This document shows, piece by piece, positions 27,793 through 38,526 of a DNA stretch of 64,000 nucleotides. The first letter of the stretch is position 1, and each line of letters starts with the position of its first letter. The stretch spans positions 16,219-80,218 of the forward strand of contig JAXLZU010000002.1 of the NCBI GenBank assembly GCA_046350735.1, written 5' to 3'. The stretch comes from Candidatus Saccharimonadota bacterium (GTDB taxonomy: Bacteria > Patescibacteriota > Saccharimonadia > CAILAD01 > BJGX01). Position numbers and translations under genes: made by a program. The notes under the pieces are model-generated. The model saw nothing but the letters and a program-made list of their open reading frames with translations. It searched no databases and was not told the origin of the DNA.

Positions 27793-30527
27793 CTTTTACC
27801 TGTTTTAATACCAACTTCTATCGGTACTGCAAATCTATGTACATTTGTCATTTCTACCTCCATTATGTTAGCTACCTTTTTCGCGTCTGACTCTCTGCAT
27901 TCTACAATAAGTTCGTCATGAATTTGCAAAATTAAGTTAGCCTCGGGTGGAAGTTTTTTGTGAATACGAATCATCGCTAGCTTCATCATATCGGCAGCTG
28001 TACCCTGGAGTGGCATATTTACTGCAGCTCTTTCGGCGGCCGAGCGAATAATAAAGTTACTCGATCTAACATCTGGGCACGGACGTCGACGACCAAATAA
28101 TGTTTCTGTATAGCCAACATCGTGAGCCATTTTTTTAATTTTAGCAATGTAGTCGGCTACAGCTTTGCGGGTCTGAAAGTAGCGCTCGATAAATTCTTTG
28201 GCCTGAGCATAGTCAAAACCAGTTGCTACTGATAGACCATGGGTATTCATACCATATAAAACGCCAAAATTAATAGCTTTGGCTGCGTAGCGCTGCTCGG
28301 GCTTTACCTCGCTTGGTTTAATACCAAACATTTCGGCAGCAGTCTGAGTATGAATATCTGCACCATCTACAAAAGCCTTTATCATTGGTTTGTCACCTGC
28401 CAAATCTGCTGCTAAGCGTAATTCTATCTGGCTATAATCGGCACTAACAAACACCCTGCCCTCACCTGCCACAAAGGCTTTACGAATCTGTCTACCCACC
28501 TCAGTACGAACGGGGATGTTTTGTAGATTTGGATTCGTACTACTCAGTCTACCAGTCTGCGCAATTGTTTGATTATAACTAGTGTGTATCTTGCCATCGG
28601 CGCCTACAAGCTGTGGCAGAGCATCTACATAGGTGCTTACTAGCTTGGTAAGCTCGCGGTATTCAAAAAGCTCATCAATTATAGGGTGGCGGCCACGCAT
28701 TTTTTCGAGCTCAGAGGCTGCCGTACTAATACCTGTCTTTGTCTTTTTTAGCCCTGTAGAATCAATCTTGAGTTGCTCAAAGAGAATAGTTTGTAATTGG
28801 GCTGGCGAGCTAACATTAAATTCTTTACCTGCATGTTTCCAAATTGATTTACGTAGATTCTCTATTTTTGTAGCAAATTCTTTAGATAACTTTGCCAAAA
28901 ACTGCTTATCTAGTGTAACGCCAGTCAGCTCCATATCGCCTAACACCTCTATGAGTGGCCACTCGAGCATGGCTGCCATTTCGGTGAGCTTTTTATTGCC
29001 AGTTGGCTCTGTTTTTAACTCAACCACTTGTTTTTGATACAGTCGCCAAGCAATATCAGCGTCCTCAGCCGCGTATTTTGTAGCCTCATCTATAGGTACA
29101 ACATTAAAGGTTTGTTGTTTCTTACCTTTTTTGCCTATTAGTTCTTCTATATCTATCATTGAGATGCCAAGCTCACTATAGGCCAGCTCAGAAAGAGTTT
29201 GTGCCCTACCAATTGGGCTGATTAAGAAGGCAGCCACCATAGTATCGAAAACGATTGGCTCAAGCTTAATGCCATTTTTATTAAACATCTCGTAATCATA
29301 CTTAATGTTATGGCCCAACTTACCTATCTTACTGTTCTCTAAAATTGGCTTGAGTGCAGCAAGCACAACTTGCAGAGGCAATTGTTTACCAACGTCGTGT
29401 CCTACAGGAATGTAATATGCCTCTCCTTCTTTAAACGAAAGTGATATTCCAACTAGCTTGGCCTGCATAATATCTACGCTTGTTGTTTCGGTATCAACCG
29501 ATATGACTGTTTGTTTTTCTAATACAGTAATCAGCTTTTGCAGATCTGCATCAGTATTTACACAGTAATACTTTGCCTTTTTGAGATGTTCACGATTAAA
29601 CTGCTCAGCCACTGTAGCAGACTCTTCTTCGAATAAGTTGGCTTGCGAGGCATCAGCTACCGTTTTCCCAGGTAATTTAGAGAGTAGGCTCTTAAACTCG
29701 AGTTGATGAAATAGATCGTACACTTTTTTTCTATCATATTCATGCAATGCAGCGTCGCGCAGATCGAAAGTAAATTCTACATCTCGTTTGATACGCGAAA
29801 GTTCTAATGAAAGATAAGCGCTGTCTTTGCCAGCTTCGAGTTTTTTGGCAAGAGCCGGTTTTATCTCACCGAGATGCTGATACATATTATCAAGCGTTTT
29901 GTATTCTGCCACCAGTTGTGTTGCCCCTTTATCTCCAATGCCAGCAACACCAGGAATATTATCACTGGTATCACCCTTTAGGGCCTTATACACCACAAAT
30001 TCTTCTGGTGTAACACCATATTTTTCTTCTACTTCTCTAGGTGTATAAAGAAACGTATCGGTAAAACCTTTGCGCATAGTATAGATACCAACATGTTCAG
30101 TAACAAGTTGCAGCTCATCCATATCACCAGTTACTACTACCACTACATGGTTTTTCTCATATTGGGTAGTCAGGGTACCAATAATATCATCAGCTTCATA
30201 ACCTGGTGCTTCTATTAATGGAATATTAAATGCATCTACTACCTCTTTAGTAAGCGGTAATTGTGCATACAGCTCGTCTGGTGCTTTTTTACGGGTAGCT
30301 TTGTAGTCTTTGTAGTGATCATGTCGAAATGTCTTACCAGGCGCATCCCATGCCACTACGGCATAGTCTGGCTTTAGCTCACGCAGTGCTAAAAGCATCA
30401 TCATAGTAAAACCATACACAGCATTAGTAGGAGTTCCATCTTTGGTAGTTAAATACGGAATAGCATGAAACCCACGATGCACCAGTGCATGACCATCGAA
30501 GATTACTATTTTTTTGCGCGCACTCAT
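27774..30527 (-). CDS. polA: DNA polymerase I
   Basis: 917 aa with 5'-3' exonuclease, 3'-5' exonuclease and polymerase domains (DYSQIELR and KAINFGVLYG motifs). Confidence 0.97.
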   Translation of the reverse strand: MSARKKIVIFDGHALVHRGFHAIPYLTTKDGTPTNAVYGFTMMMLLALRELKPDYAVVAWDAPGKTFRHDHYKDYKATRKKAPDELYAQLPLTKEVVDAFNIPLIEAPGYEADDIIGTLTTQYEKNHVVVVVTGDMDELQLVTEHVGIYTMRKGFTDTFLYTPREVEEKYGVTPEEFVVYKALKGDTSDNIPGVAGIGDKGATQLVAEYKTLDNMYQHLGEIKPALAKKLEAGKDSAYLSLELSRIKRDVEFTFDLRDAALHEYDRKKVYDLFHQLEFKSLLSKLPGKTVADASQANLFEEESATVAEQFNREHLKKAKYYCVNTDADLQKLITVLEKQTVISVDTETTSVDIMQAKLVGISLSFKEGEAYYIPVGHDVGKQLPLQVVLAALKPILENSKIGKLGHNIKYDYEMFNKNGIKLEPIVFDTMVAAFLISPIGRAQTLSELAYSELGISMIDIEELIGKKGKKQQTFNVVPIDEATKYAAEDADIAWRLYQKQVVELKTEPTGNKKLTEMAAMLEWPLIEVLGDMELTGVTLDKQFLAKLSKEFATKIENLRKSIWKHAGKEFNVSSPAQLQTILFEQLKIDSTGLKKTKTGISTAASELEKMRGRHPIIDELFEYRELTKLVSTYVDALPQLVGADGKIHTSYNQTIAQTGRLSSTNPNLQNIPVRTEVGRQIRKAFVAGEGRVFVSADYSQIELRLAADLAGDKPMIKAFVDGADIHTQTAAEMFGIKPSEVKPEQRYAAKAINFGVLYGMNTHGLSVATGFDYAQAKEFIERYFQTRKAVADYIAKIKKMAHDVGYTETLFGRRRPCPDVRSSNFIIRSAAERAAVNMPLQGTAADMMKLAMIRIHKKLPPEANLILQIHDELIVECRESDAKKVANIMEVEMTNVHRFAVPIEVGIKTGKSWGDLD

Positions 30528-30585
30528 ATACGTATTATAGCTGATACCGTGAGAATTCCGACAGCATATGCTTTATAATTAGTAT

Positions 30586-30858
30586 ATGAGCGAAATTCGT
30601 CACGATTTAGGCTACCACAATGAGTTGCCATCAGAAGATAGCCAGCGCGCTATGCGACGGATATTGGCCGGTGAACCACTAAACGATCCAAAGCCTGATT
30701 GGAAATTAGATGAAGAAACTAAAGAGATTGGTCGCAGAGGTGTAGCTGATACCCGGGCTATTTTAGAAGCCAAGCGCAAACAAAGCACAGGCGAGGCACT
30801 CACACCAGAAGAAGAACGAATTTTAGCTAATTTGTATCAACAAGAAACTGAAGAATAA
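30586..30858 (+). CDS. hypothetical protein
   Basis: 90-aa acidic ORF bounded by a strong terminator. Confidence 0.45.
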   Translation: MSEIRHDLGYHNELPSEDSQRAMRRILAGEPLNDPKPDWKLDEETKEIGRRGVADTRAILEAKRKQSTGEALTPEEERILANLYQQETEE

Positions 30859-30887
30859 AAAAACCCGCTAGATCAGCGGGTTTTTTT
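30856..30887. terminator. bidirectional rho-independent terminator
   Basis: A8 (5'), hairpin cccgct-agatc-agcggg, then T7 (3'). It lies between a plus-strand ORF and the minus-strand rpoD. Confidence 0.75.
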
Positions 30888-30901
30888 ATATCAACAACGA
30901 A

Positions 30902-32020
30902 TTATTGAATATAGTCTTTAAGTTTCTTACTATCTTTGTGTTTACGTAGTTTGGTAAGTGCCTTAGCCTCAATTTGTCTAATACGCTCTCGGGTAACGCC
31001 AAATTCTTGACCAACTTCTTCGAGAGTATGACTACGTCCGTCCTCTAGGCCAAAGCGCATACGCAAAATCTTTTGTTCACGTGGTGTAAGTAAATCGAGT
31101 GTTTCATCAATATGTTCTTTTAAAAGCTCAAATGTAGCAGCTTCTTCTGGGCTCACCCCTTCTTGATCTTCAATAAAATCTCGCAAACTCGAGTCGTCAT
31201 CTTCGCCCACAGTAGCATCAAGACTAGTGGTGTCTTGGCTAATCTTCATAATATGATTCACCTTCTCGACATCAATTTCCATCTCTTTGGCAACTTCTTC
31301 TGGTAATGGTTCGCGGCCAAGCTCAGTCGTTAGACGGCGTTGGGTACGAATAAGTTTGTTGATTGTTTCTACCATGTGTACCGGAATACGAATAACACGG
31401 GCCTGGTCAGCAATGGCGCGGGTAATAGCTTGGCGAATCCACCAGGTGGCATATGTAGAAAACTTAAATCCCTTGGTGTAGTCAAACTTCTCTACCGCAC
31501 GTAAAAGGCCAGTATTACCTTCTTGAATTAAATCGAGTAGGTCTAGACCACGCCCAATATATTTCTTGGCAATACTTACTACCAAACGCATATTTGCTTC
31601 GGCAAGAGCATCTTTAGCCGCTTTGTCGCCTTTTTCGATACGCTTGGCAAGAGCTACTTCTTCTTCGCCAGAAATAAGTGGAATCTTACCTATTTCACGA
31701 AGATAGAGACGTACAGAGTCGTCTGCAATATCTTTTATATATTCATCACTGGTAGCTTTTTCGACATCTTCTTCAGTCTCAGTTTGCCAGATCATTTTTT
31801 CTTTTTGATCAACTACTTCGATTCCCTGATCTATAAGAGTCGAATAAAGATCATCAAGGCCATCAACATTGTTTTCGGCATCAGGAATTGTCGACATAAT
31901 TTCTTGCTGGGTAACAAATCCTTTAGTACGGCCTTTTTTTACAAGCTTATCTATAGCTTCTTCGTTTTGAATTTCTTCGTCAGTAAGTTCACTTGGAATA
32001 GGGGCAGATTTTTTTGGCAT
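30902..32020 (-). CDS. rpoD: RNA polymerase sigma-70 factor RpoD
   Basis: Regions 1.2 to 4 are present ([14 protein letters not shown], and [24 protein letters not shown]). Confidence 0.95.
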   Translation of the reverse strand: MPKKSAPIPSELTDEEIQNEEAIDKLVKKGRTKGFVTQQEIMSTIPDAENNVDGLDDLYSTLIDQGIEVVDQKEKMIWQTETEEDVEKATSDEYIKDIADDSVRLYLREIGKIPLISGEEEVALAKRIEKGDKAAKDALAEANMRLVVSIAKKYIGRGLDLLDLIQEGNTGLLRAVEKFDYTKGFKFSTYATWWIRQAITRAIADQARVIRIPVHMVETINKLIRTQRRLTTELGREPLPEEVAKEMEIDVEKVNHIMKISQDTTSLDATVGEDDDSSLRDFIEDQEGVSPEEAATFELLKEHIDETLDLLTPREQKILRMRFGLEDGRSHTLEEVGQEFGVTRERIRQIEAKALTKLRKHKDSKKLKDYIQ

Positions 32021-32043
32021 AAATCTCCAGTTATAATTAATTG

Positions 32044-33822
32044 CTAATCGTTCTCGTCGTTTAAAAGACGTTGATATTTTTGTAGTAATCTGTGAGCCGT
32101 CTCTTGGTTGCCTTCGGCTTCTGCCAAAGCAATCTGACGACTAAGTACTCGCTTCTGTTTTTCTCGATATATTCGAACTAATCTATTTACTTGGGTAAAG
32201 GCTTCGAGCCGTGCGTCGTGCTCCGATAAATCAGAGTTCACTTCTTCTCCCCGTAGTGTCAAAATCTTAACATAGTTAGAAGATTCAGGCAAGAGTTTTG
32301 CCAACTTCTCACTTGTTAGACCTGTCTGCTTTAGTAACGCCGAGAAAATTGCTTTGTGACGCTCACTAATGTAATCGGTCTTTAAATCACCCAATGCACT
32401 CCGAGTCTCTAGGCGAGTAAGCAGTATTTCTAAGAGTGTTTGTTCTATCTGTTCTTGGCGAGTAAGTTTGGGCTCTTTGGTGCCTTCTAGCTCAGCAGGC
32501 TTTACTTCTTGCAATGGCGCAGGCTCACCACTTAATTTACGCGTAATAGCATCTTCGCTAACGTCGAGTATCTGAGCAACCTTGGCTACATAATGCGATT
32601 GCTCTATACTGTCATGCATGCCGGCAATTATTGGTAACACAAATTGTGCAAACTGCTTTTTACCATAAGCAGTATTGGTATCATACTTTTCCATACCAAA
32701 ACGAATTAAATAATCGGGTGCATATTCTGCACTACTTAGCGCTACATCCCAAGCTTTTTTATCTTTTTTAATTAATTCATCGGGGTCTTTTGCGCCTTTG
32801 TAACTAACCACAGAAAGTCGTACATCTAGACCATCACCAAGTTTGATTGCTCGTGCTGTGGCTTCTACCCCAGCCTCGTCCTGATCAAAACAAAGCAAAA
32901 TATTCTTGCTTAACCTACCAAGGTTTTTTAGCTGAAACTCGCTAAAGGCAGTGCCGCTGACAGCCACAACATTGTAATATCCATGGTTGCTCAGCCCCAC
33001 AACATCCATATTGCCCTCAACCACAATTACTGCATCTTGTTTGAGAATTGCCTCTTTGGCCTGTGCCAGTCCATAAATTACCTGATTTTTCTGATAAATT
33101 GGTGTTTCTGGAGTGTTAATATACTTAGCAGCAACAGCTTCTTTGTCTAAGATACGTGCCGAAAACCCAACTACACGTTTTTGGGCATCAAATATTGGAA
33201 ACATCAGCCGTCCACGAAACAAATCGTAGACCGAGTCTCGTCCGTCCTTCTGGGCAACGAGTCCAGCTTGTTTTAAGTCTATGTTAGAATACCCTTTTTG
33301 GGCTAAAAATTTGCTCAAACCATCCCAGCTATCTGGGCTGTAGCCAAGTTTGTATTGTTTAATTACTTCACCACTCAATCCGCGCTCTGTTTTGCAATAT
33401 TTAAGAGCAGTGGTGTGTTTTGACAGCGCAAGATGGAAAAACCTCATTGCTTCTTCGTTAGCATCATATAGACGCTGCTTATTTTGGCGCTTTTCGCCAG
33501 ACTGTTTAGAGCGTGGCTTAAGTGTAACGCCAGCTCTTTTGGCTAACATCTCAAGGGCATCATAAAATTCTAGGCCCTCTTGCAGCATTACAAATGTAAA
33601 TACGTCTCCACCCTTACCAGTACTAAAATCGTGCCAAATATTTTTTTCGGGGCTAACAATAAAACTTGGTGTTTTTTCGGTCTTAAACGGACTAAGCCCT
33701 TTAAAATTTGCCCCTGTCTGCTTTAGCGGCACATAAGAACCTATTACCTCGACTATATCGAGACGTTGTTTTATTTCGTCAACCTCATTCATATTATAAA
33801 TTATAGGCTTTAAAGCGTACAA
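32044..33822 (-). CDS. dnaG: DNA primase
   Basis: Zinc-binding N-terminus, a Toprim domain (EGNMDVV) and a C-terminal helicase-interaction region. It lies upstream of rpoD, the conserved dnaG-rpoD order. Confidence 0.94.
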   Translation of the reverse strand: MYALKPIIYNMNEVDEIKQRLDIVEVIGSYVPLKQTGANFKGLSPFKTEKTPSFIVSPEKNIWHDFSTGKGGDVFTFVMLQEGLEFYDALEMLAKRAGVTLKPRSKQSGEKRQNKQRLYDANEEAMRFFHLALSKHTTALKYCKTERGLSGEVIKQYKLGYSPDSWDGLSKFLAQKGYSNIDLKQAGLVAQKDGRDSVYDLFRGRLMFPIFDAQKRVVGFSARILDKEAVAAKYINTPETPIYQKNQVIYGLAQAKEAILKQDAVIVVEGNMDVVGLSNHGYYNVVAVSGTAFSEFQLKNLGRLSKNILLCFDQDEAGVEATARAIKLGDGLDVRLSVVSYKGAKDPDELIKKDKKAWDVALSSAEYAPDYLIRFGMEKYDTNTAYGKKQFAQFVLPIIAGMHDSIEQSHYVAKVAQILDVSEDAITRKLSGEPAPLQEVKPAELEGTKEPKLTRQEQIEQTLLEILLTRLETRSALGDLKTDYISERHKAIFSALLKQTGLTSEKLAKLLPESSNYVKILTLRGEEVNSDLSEHDARLEAFTQVNRLVRIYREKQKRVLSRQIALAEAEGNQETAHRLLQKYQRLLNDEND

Positions 33823-33864
33823 AAAGCAAAAAGCAACTCTCTTTATGCGAGAGTTGCTAATAAA

Positions 33865-34254
33865 TTACCAAGTGAGTGGTAATGTTTCGAAATCTTTAAT
33901 TTTGGTGGTACTAACCGGCTCTTGTTTGTCTTCTTGAAGTTGTTTTAGCAGAGCAAGAGATTCTGGCTTATCTCGAAACCGACGCAGACATTGGCGAGCT
34001 TCTCGCTCTGCCAGAGCGGTAAGTTCTGCCATATAGCGTGCCTGGGCTGCCTCATCTTCTTTAAGGCTATCACCTGTTCGGGCAATTCCCCGCTCGTTAC
34101 GACCCTCAACTGCTCGGGCAATATAGCTACCAATTTCGTTCTGAAATGGCTTTAGCTCTGGATGCTCAGCAAGCAAATGTCTTTTAGCAGACGCGATAAT
34201 CGCCAGTGATTCACTCTTAGTAAGGCAATATCTACCTGGCAAAAAATTACCCAT
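33865..34254 (-). CDS. hypothetical protein (third gene of conserved-unknown operon)
   Basis: Probable start MGNFLPGRY (M14 of the track ORF), overlapping the upstream gene by 8 nt. No motif. Confidence 0.45.
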   Translation of the reverse strand: MGNFLPGRYCLTKSESLAIIASAKRHLLAEHPELKPFQNEIGSYIARAVEGRNERGIARTGDSLKEDEAAQARYMAELTALAEREARQCLRRFRDKPESLALLKQLQEDKQEPVSTTKIKDFETLPLTW

Positions 34255-34570
34255 TGTCGCTTTTCCTTTCTGCAATTTGCGCAGACAAGCCATCTAACGC
34301 CTCAACAAACTGTGGATTCTCACGCAAACGGCGCAAAGACCTCTCTACAGCCGTATACTCACTATATTCTTTCTCTAAGAAGTAGAGGATATCGCGCCAT
34401 AAGAACGTCTCTAGAGTCGACCTTATGGAAGAATCAAGTCCCAGAGAATCTTCGGGCTTAACAATAACACCCCTACTCTTCAACTGCTGACGCAGTTCGT
34501 CATCGAGCTTACGGTGCGGACTAAGTCTTACAACCAGTGGCTTGGGCTTAGATTGATCAAGCGCATTCAT
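34247..34570 (-). CDS. hypothetical protein (second gene of operon)
   Basis: 107 aa; start overlaps the upstream stop (ATGA). Confidence 0.45.
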   Translation of the reverse strand: MNALDQSKPKPLVVRLSPHRKLDDELRQQLKSRGVIVKPEDSLGLDSSIRSTLETFLWRDILYFLEKEYSEYTAVERSLRRLRENPQFVEALDGLSAQIAERKSDNG

Positions 34571-35106
34571 ACTGTTACTACCTCTTTTTCGGCAAGAATC
34601 CTTACATACGGCGGGGCTGTCTTTAGCCGCCTATTCACATTACGAATAATCTGATCAAGACTACGATTCTTGGCAATTGAGGCCTGAATAACACGTTGTG
34701 CATAGCTAGCCAGAGCACTGCGCTGGCCATAACTAATCGGCATGCCGTTCAAGAAATCATCAACCAGACGCTCTGGACTAAGTCGCCCTTCTTTGACAGC
34801 AAGTTGTACCTCGAAACGCCGCCAATGATTCAGTACAGTAGAGCGAGAAGCAAAATAGCGCTTTACACGACGCTGATACTCACGCGTAAGGTTGTTATTT
34901 TTATTGGGTGTTGCATCAATAGCAATAATTGCTGACTTCACCATGTGCTCTACAAATGCTTTGCGTTGTTTGGTAGCTAGGAGAGGAATATCGCCATCTT
35001 CAACACATGTCAGGTACCGTGCAGTGGCTACAAGCTGAATGTAGTCACTTATCTTTGGTGTTAGGTGCACTTCTTTACCTCCGGGGGGGGTGAAGTATTT
35101 GCTCAC
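34567..35106 (-). CDS. hypothetical protein (first gene of operon) with poly-C tract in codons 6-9
   Basis: 179 aa, MSKYFTPPGGKEV.... Codons ACC CCC CCC GGA contain a C8 run on the coding strand (G8 on the plus strand at 35083-35090). Confidence 0.5.
   Translation of the reverse strand: MSKYFTPPGGKEVHLTPKISDYIQLVATARYLTCVEDGDIPLLATKQRKAFVEHMVKSAIIAIDATPNKNNNLTREYQRRVKRYFASRSTVLNHWRRFEVQLAVKEGRLSPERLVDDFLNGMPISYGQRSALASYAQRVIQASIAKNRSLDQIIRNVNRRLKTAPPYVRILAEKEVVTV
35083..35090. repeat. homopolymeric G8/C8 tract inside 5' end of CDS
   Basis: gggggggg at 35083-35090 is the longest homopolymer G/C run I noticed in the window. Confidence 0.9.
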
Positions 35107-35129
35107 TATACGACTTTTTGGCTAAATTA

Positions 35130-35699
35130 TCAATAGTTTTGAATAATATCTAAGATAAGTGGAAAGTCGGTACCTTTATGTGTAATAAAGTGTCCTTGGT
35201 TTTTAATTTCGAAAGTCTGGCCACCAAGCTGTTTGGCTAATTTTTTACTTCTAGCTGGTTTTACCATTACATCATTATCAGAAAATATGTGATATACCTG
35301 CTTAACATGTGTTTTTACTTGGTCAGTGTTTGGTTCTGGAGAGAAATATCTACTCAGACTCCTGCCACCATTTGTTAAAAACCCAGCTACCAAAATCAGC
35401 TTGGCGGCCTGTTCGCTACCATTGTAATGTTCTAACACTCTCAGCAGAGTAAAGGTACCGAGCGAGTGGCCAACCAGGGCAGTATGTTGGTCTAGCTTTC
35501 CAACTGCTTTGGCAGCAGTTGCCTCCCACGTTTTTAGATTGGGTAGTTTTGGGTTAGGCATTGCAGGCGCAATTACCTCTACCCCGATTTTGCTTAGCTC
35601 TTTGTCTAACCAACCAAGCCAGCCATGATGTGGTTTGTCTGCCCAGCCATGAATAATAATTACTCTTTTTATCTTCATCAGGTTATTGTAGCACGCCAA
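35130..35699 (-). CDS. alpha/beta-hydrolase, RBBP9/YdeN-like serine hydrolase
   Basis: IIIHGW...GHSLG nucleophile elbow. 170-189 aa depending on start (M1 or M8). Confidence 0.7.
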   Translation of the reverse strand: MACYNNLMKIKRVIIIHGWADKPHHGWLGWLDKELSKIGVEVIAPAMPNPKLPNLKTWEATAAKAVGKLDQHTALVGHSLGTFTLLRVLEHYNGSEQAAKLILVAGFLTNGGRSLSRYFSPEPNTDQVKTHVKQVYHIFSDNDVMVKPARSKKLAKQLGGQTFEIKNQGHFITHKGTDFPLILDIIQNY

Positions 35700-35745
35700 A
35701 AATGTTATGGTTTGGCTAATATCTTAACTTAGGTATAGTTGAGGT

Positions 35746-37650
35746 ATGTTTATTTACTCTCGCTTGCAAGGGCAAATTAATAGTATTCAGCCAAAGACTA
35801 TTACTATAGATATCTTTGACACGCTCTTGCTGCGCAGAAATCGCGCAGAACAGTGGCACTTTTGGCAATTTTCTAAAGTGGCTGCCAAAACTCTGCAAAA
35901 TAATAGTATTAGCTGCTCTGCACTCTTATATTTCTCACTCAGAAATTATTACAACCAAGTTTTGCGCAGGGCCAATCTAGACCTTGGGCATGACTACGAA
36001 GCTAGTTTAGATTCTATAAATGAGGCAATTATTCAAGAGGTTTCTCGCCGTAAAGGTAAGAAACTTAGCTTAGCAAATCGTAAAGTCCTGTGTAAAAAAC
36101 TTGCCCAGGCTGAGATAAAATTCGAGAAAGAACACCTCTTTGTTAATAAGAAGCTCGTCTCAGTATTAGAAAATAACAAAGTACCGGTATTTTTTGTAAC
36201 CGATATGTATTTCGATTCACAACAAATTCGCCAGTTGCTTAAAGGGTTTGGCATTCAGTACAGAGGCATAAGCTCGACCGATCACCTACACGGCAAAAGT
36301 AGTGGAAGGAGCTTTGCTAGACTCGGCGAAAAGTTTTCGTCTGTTCGTTTAACTACCAATCTACATATTGGCGACCATCGTCATGCCGATATTGCTGTGC
36401 CAGAACGTTTGGGAATGCACGTTTTTTGGTTAAACCTACCCCTACATCGATTGCGTTTATTAATAACAAAATATTTCTTTGGTCTGCTGGTAAAAGGTAT
36501 TTATGCAAATGCTACAAGAAAGGAATATAACAAAATAACCAAGCCATTATTTGCTCAAAAAAAGACCGCCAGCACAATAGGCAGTATGTTTGCACCGGCA
36601 ATCATTTATTACACTCATTACTTGGGCAGTATAAGCACTACAAAAAAAGCTAAAGTCGCTTTTGTATCGAGTGAATCTTATACGCTGAGCAATTTCTATA
36701 CTCAACTTGGGTTTCGTAACTATGTTGGTCTACCTAAGTTTAGCCGTAGCAGACTAATTCGCAGTTACTGTTACCTGCAGCATCGTAACGGTAGCCGCTA
36801 CATGTCGCTTTTGCCGATGATAAAAAAAGTACAGCGTCGTAAAACTAATTTTGATGCACTGACTACGCTGGGGGCAGTTTCTCAAAATTACCAGTATCAA
36901 TTAACTGGCAAGAAGGCTTTTGCTGAGTATTTAGATAAAAATGATCAGACCATTACACGAGAGTTAAAGAAAGTCTATACGCAAACAGTGCACGAGTTTG
37001 CTAGAGCCGCCAAATCAAAAGATCTTAGCAAAATTATTCTTGCCGATGTTGGCTGGAACTCAACCATTCAAATTCTGCTAAATGATATTTTGCTAGATAA
37101 CAATTACCGCAATGTTCTTTCTGGTATATACCTTGGGCAAACCGGCGGTAATGTATTTAACCCAACCATTCGTACCAATAGCCAGGGTTTGCTCTTTAAC
37201 AACCTTACAGGAACAAATAAATATCTCTATCAGCCAGAGGTGTGGGAAAGTTTTCTGAATACCGATAATGCTGGCCATAACACTCGTGAGCAAATCTTGG
37301 CAAGCATCACAGCATCAATTGCCTATTATCAGAGCTCTAGCCTCTCTCCTCAAGATTATTATCTGGCAAGTAAGAAAAATTTAATAAAGATACTTGCATC
37401 ACCGAACCGGTGGATTATTCAGATCTTTGCACGACTACAATTTGATTATGGTACAGGCAACGAAACACCTGTACCGTTAGTTGACACTTCTCATTCTCCC
37501 CTCTTTGCGTATCGCTTATTACTACGAGACAGAGCTCGATTCAAACAGTTTTACCACGATAATGGTTGGAAATGGGGCGCTGCTAGTTGGTATCATTTTA
37601 GATTGTTATACAGACTTTGGCGCCGAAAAACCAAAAAACCGAGTTTTTAG
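35746..37650 (+). CDS. large hypothetical protein with HAD-like N-terminal domain
   Basis: 634 aa. N-terminus ITIDIFDTLLL (HAD motif-I-like) and a downstream GDHRHAD (motif-IV-like). The remaining ~400 aa are unassigned. Its stop overlaps the convergent sulfotransferase by 4 nt. Confidence 0.55.
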   Translation: MFIYSRLQGQINSIQPKTITIDIFDTLLLRRNRAEQWHFWQFSKVAAKTLQNNSISCSALLYFSLRNYYNQVLRRANLDLGHDYEASLDSINEAIIQEVSRRKGKKLSLANRKVLCKKLAQAEIKFEKEHLFVNKKLVSVLENNKVPVFFVTDMYFDSQQIRQLLKGFGIQYRGISSTDHLHGKSSGRSFARLGEKFSSVRLTTNLHIGDHRHADIAVPERLGMHVFWLNLPLHRLRLLITKYFFGLLVKGIYANATRKEYNKITKPLFAQKKTASTIGSMFAPAIIYYTHYLGSISTTKKAKVAFVSSESYTLSNFYTQLGFRNYVGLPKFSRSRLIRSYCYLQHRNGSRYMSLLPMIKKVQRRKTNFDALTTLGAVSQNYQYQLTGKKAFAEYLDKNDQTITRELKKVYTQTVHEFARAAKSKDLSKIILADVGWNSTIQILLNDILLDNNYRNVLSGIYLGQTGGNVFNPTIRTNSQGLLFNNLTGTNKYLYQPEVWESFLNTDNAGHNTREQILASITASIAYYQSSSLSPQDYYLASKKNLIKILASPNRWIIQIFARLQFDYGTGNETPVPLVDTSHSPLFAYRLLLRDRARFKQFYHDNGWKWGAASWYHFRLLYRLWRRKTKKPSF

Positions 37651-38489
37651 ACAATGTCGCCGACAGTATAACCAAGCAGATTTGCCATGTCGCTCAATCC
37701 TGGAGTATCAAATAAAACTTGGGTATCGAAAGTTATTTTTTGTCTTGAGTTAGAATGTGTTTTTTGATGATTAAAATCAAACACTTGTCTGCTCAGTCGC
37801 TTTGCGCTCTGCAAAATTTTCTGCCTCCCAAACTCTTCTACTCGAGCAGCAGGATTGCCACCAATGGCATGTATGGGTTTGGTTTGTGATTCTAGCTTGT
37901 AATGTAGCCCTAGAAAATTCTCAATATTACGAATTACTTGCAGTTTGTTAAGTAAAAAGTCCTCATTTCTGACCACATAGTAGGCTATGCCTAACCGATT
38001 GAGTGTACGGAGTGTATCATAGTATGTATCTCTCCAGGCATTTGCTGCCAACCAGGCTGAATCTATGTCTCTATCTAGGCAACTCTGTACATAGTATTTT
38101 GGATTCTTAACTGTAATAATTACTCTAATTTGGTCTATTGGTGTTGCTTGCGCCAACAATCGCAACCAAGCCGGATGCTTGCTCGCGTCTACAATGGTTT
38201 TAGTTTTGAGATGCCTAATGAGATACTTGTGTACTTCGGCGGGGTTTTTTTGTTGAAGCTTTTTAAAAAGCTGGTCGGTATAAATCTTGCAGTCTTCTTG
38301 ATTAATCAGACAGGCTGAGCAAGTCCCCACTTCTCGATCGAGTTGATACTTTTCAAACATACCCGGGATACGTGAAAGCTCTCCCACATAGGTGATCTTG
38401 TTCTTAGAACTATGCAGCGCCATACCTAAAGCAGTAGACCCACTATACGCCGTGCCAAGCAAAACAATACTCTCTAGACTGTTACTCAT
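37647..38489 (-). CDS. sulfotransferase-family protein (Stf0-like)
   Basis: N-terminal PAPS-binding P-loop-like motif LLGTAYSGSTAL and the overall cytosolic sulfotransferase layout. Confidence 0.7.
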   Translation of the reverse strand: MSNSLESIVLLGTAYSGSTALGMALHSSKNKITYVGELSRIPGMFEKYQLDREVGTCSACLINQEDCKIYTDQLFKKLQQKNPAEVHKYLIRHLKTKTIVDASKHPAWLRLLAQATPIDQIRVIITVKNPKYYVQSCLDRDIDSAWLAANAWRDTYYDTLRTLNRLGIAYYVVRNEDFLLNKLQVIRNIENFLGLHYKLESQTKPIHAIGGNPAARVEEFGRQKILQSAKRLSRQVFDFNHQKTHSNSRQKITFDTQVLFDTPGLSDMANLLGYTVGDIV

Positions 38490-38526
38490 GTAATTTAGTC
38501 TAGGCGAAACCTACCTTGCTATGCAA

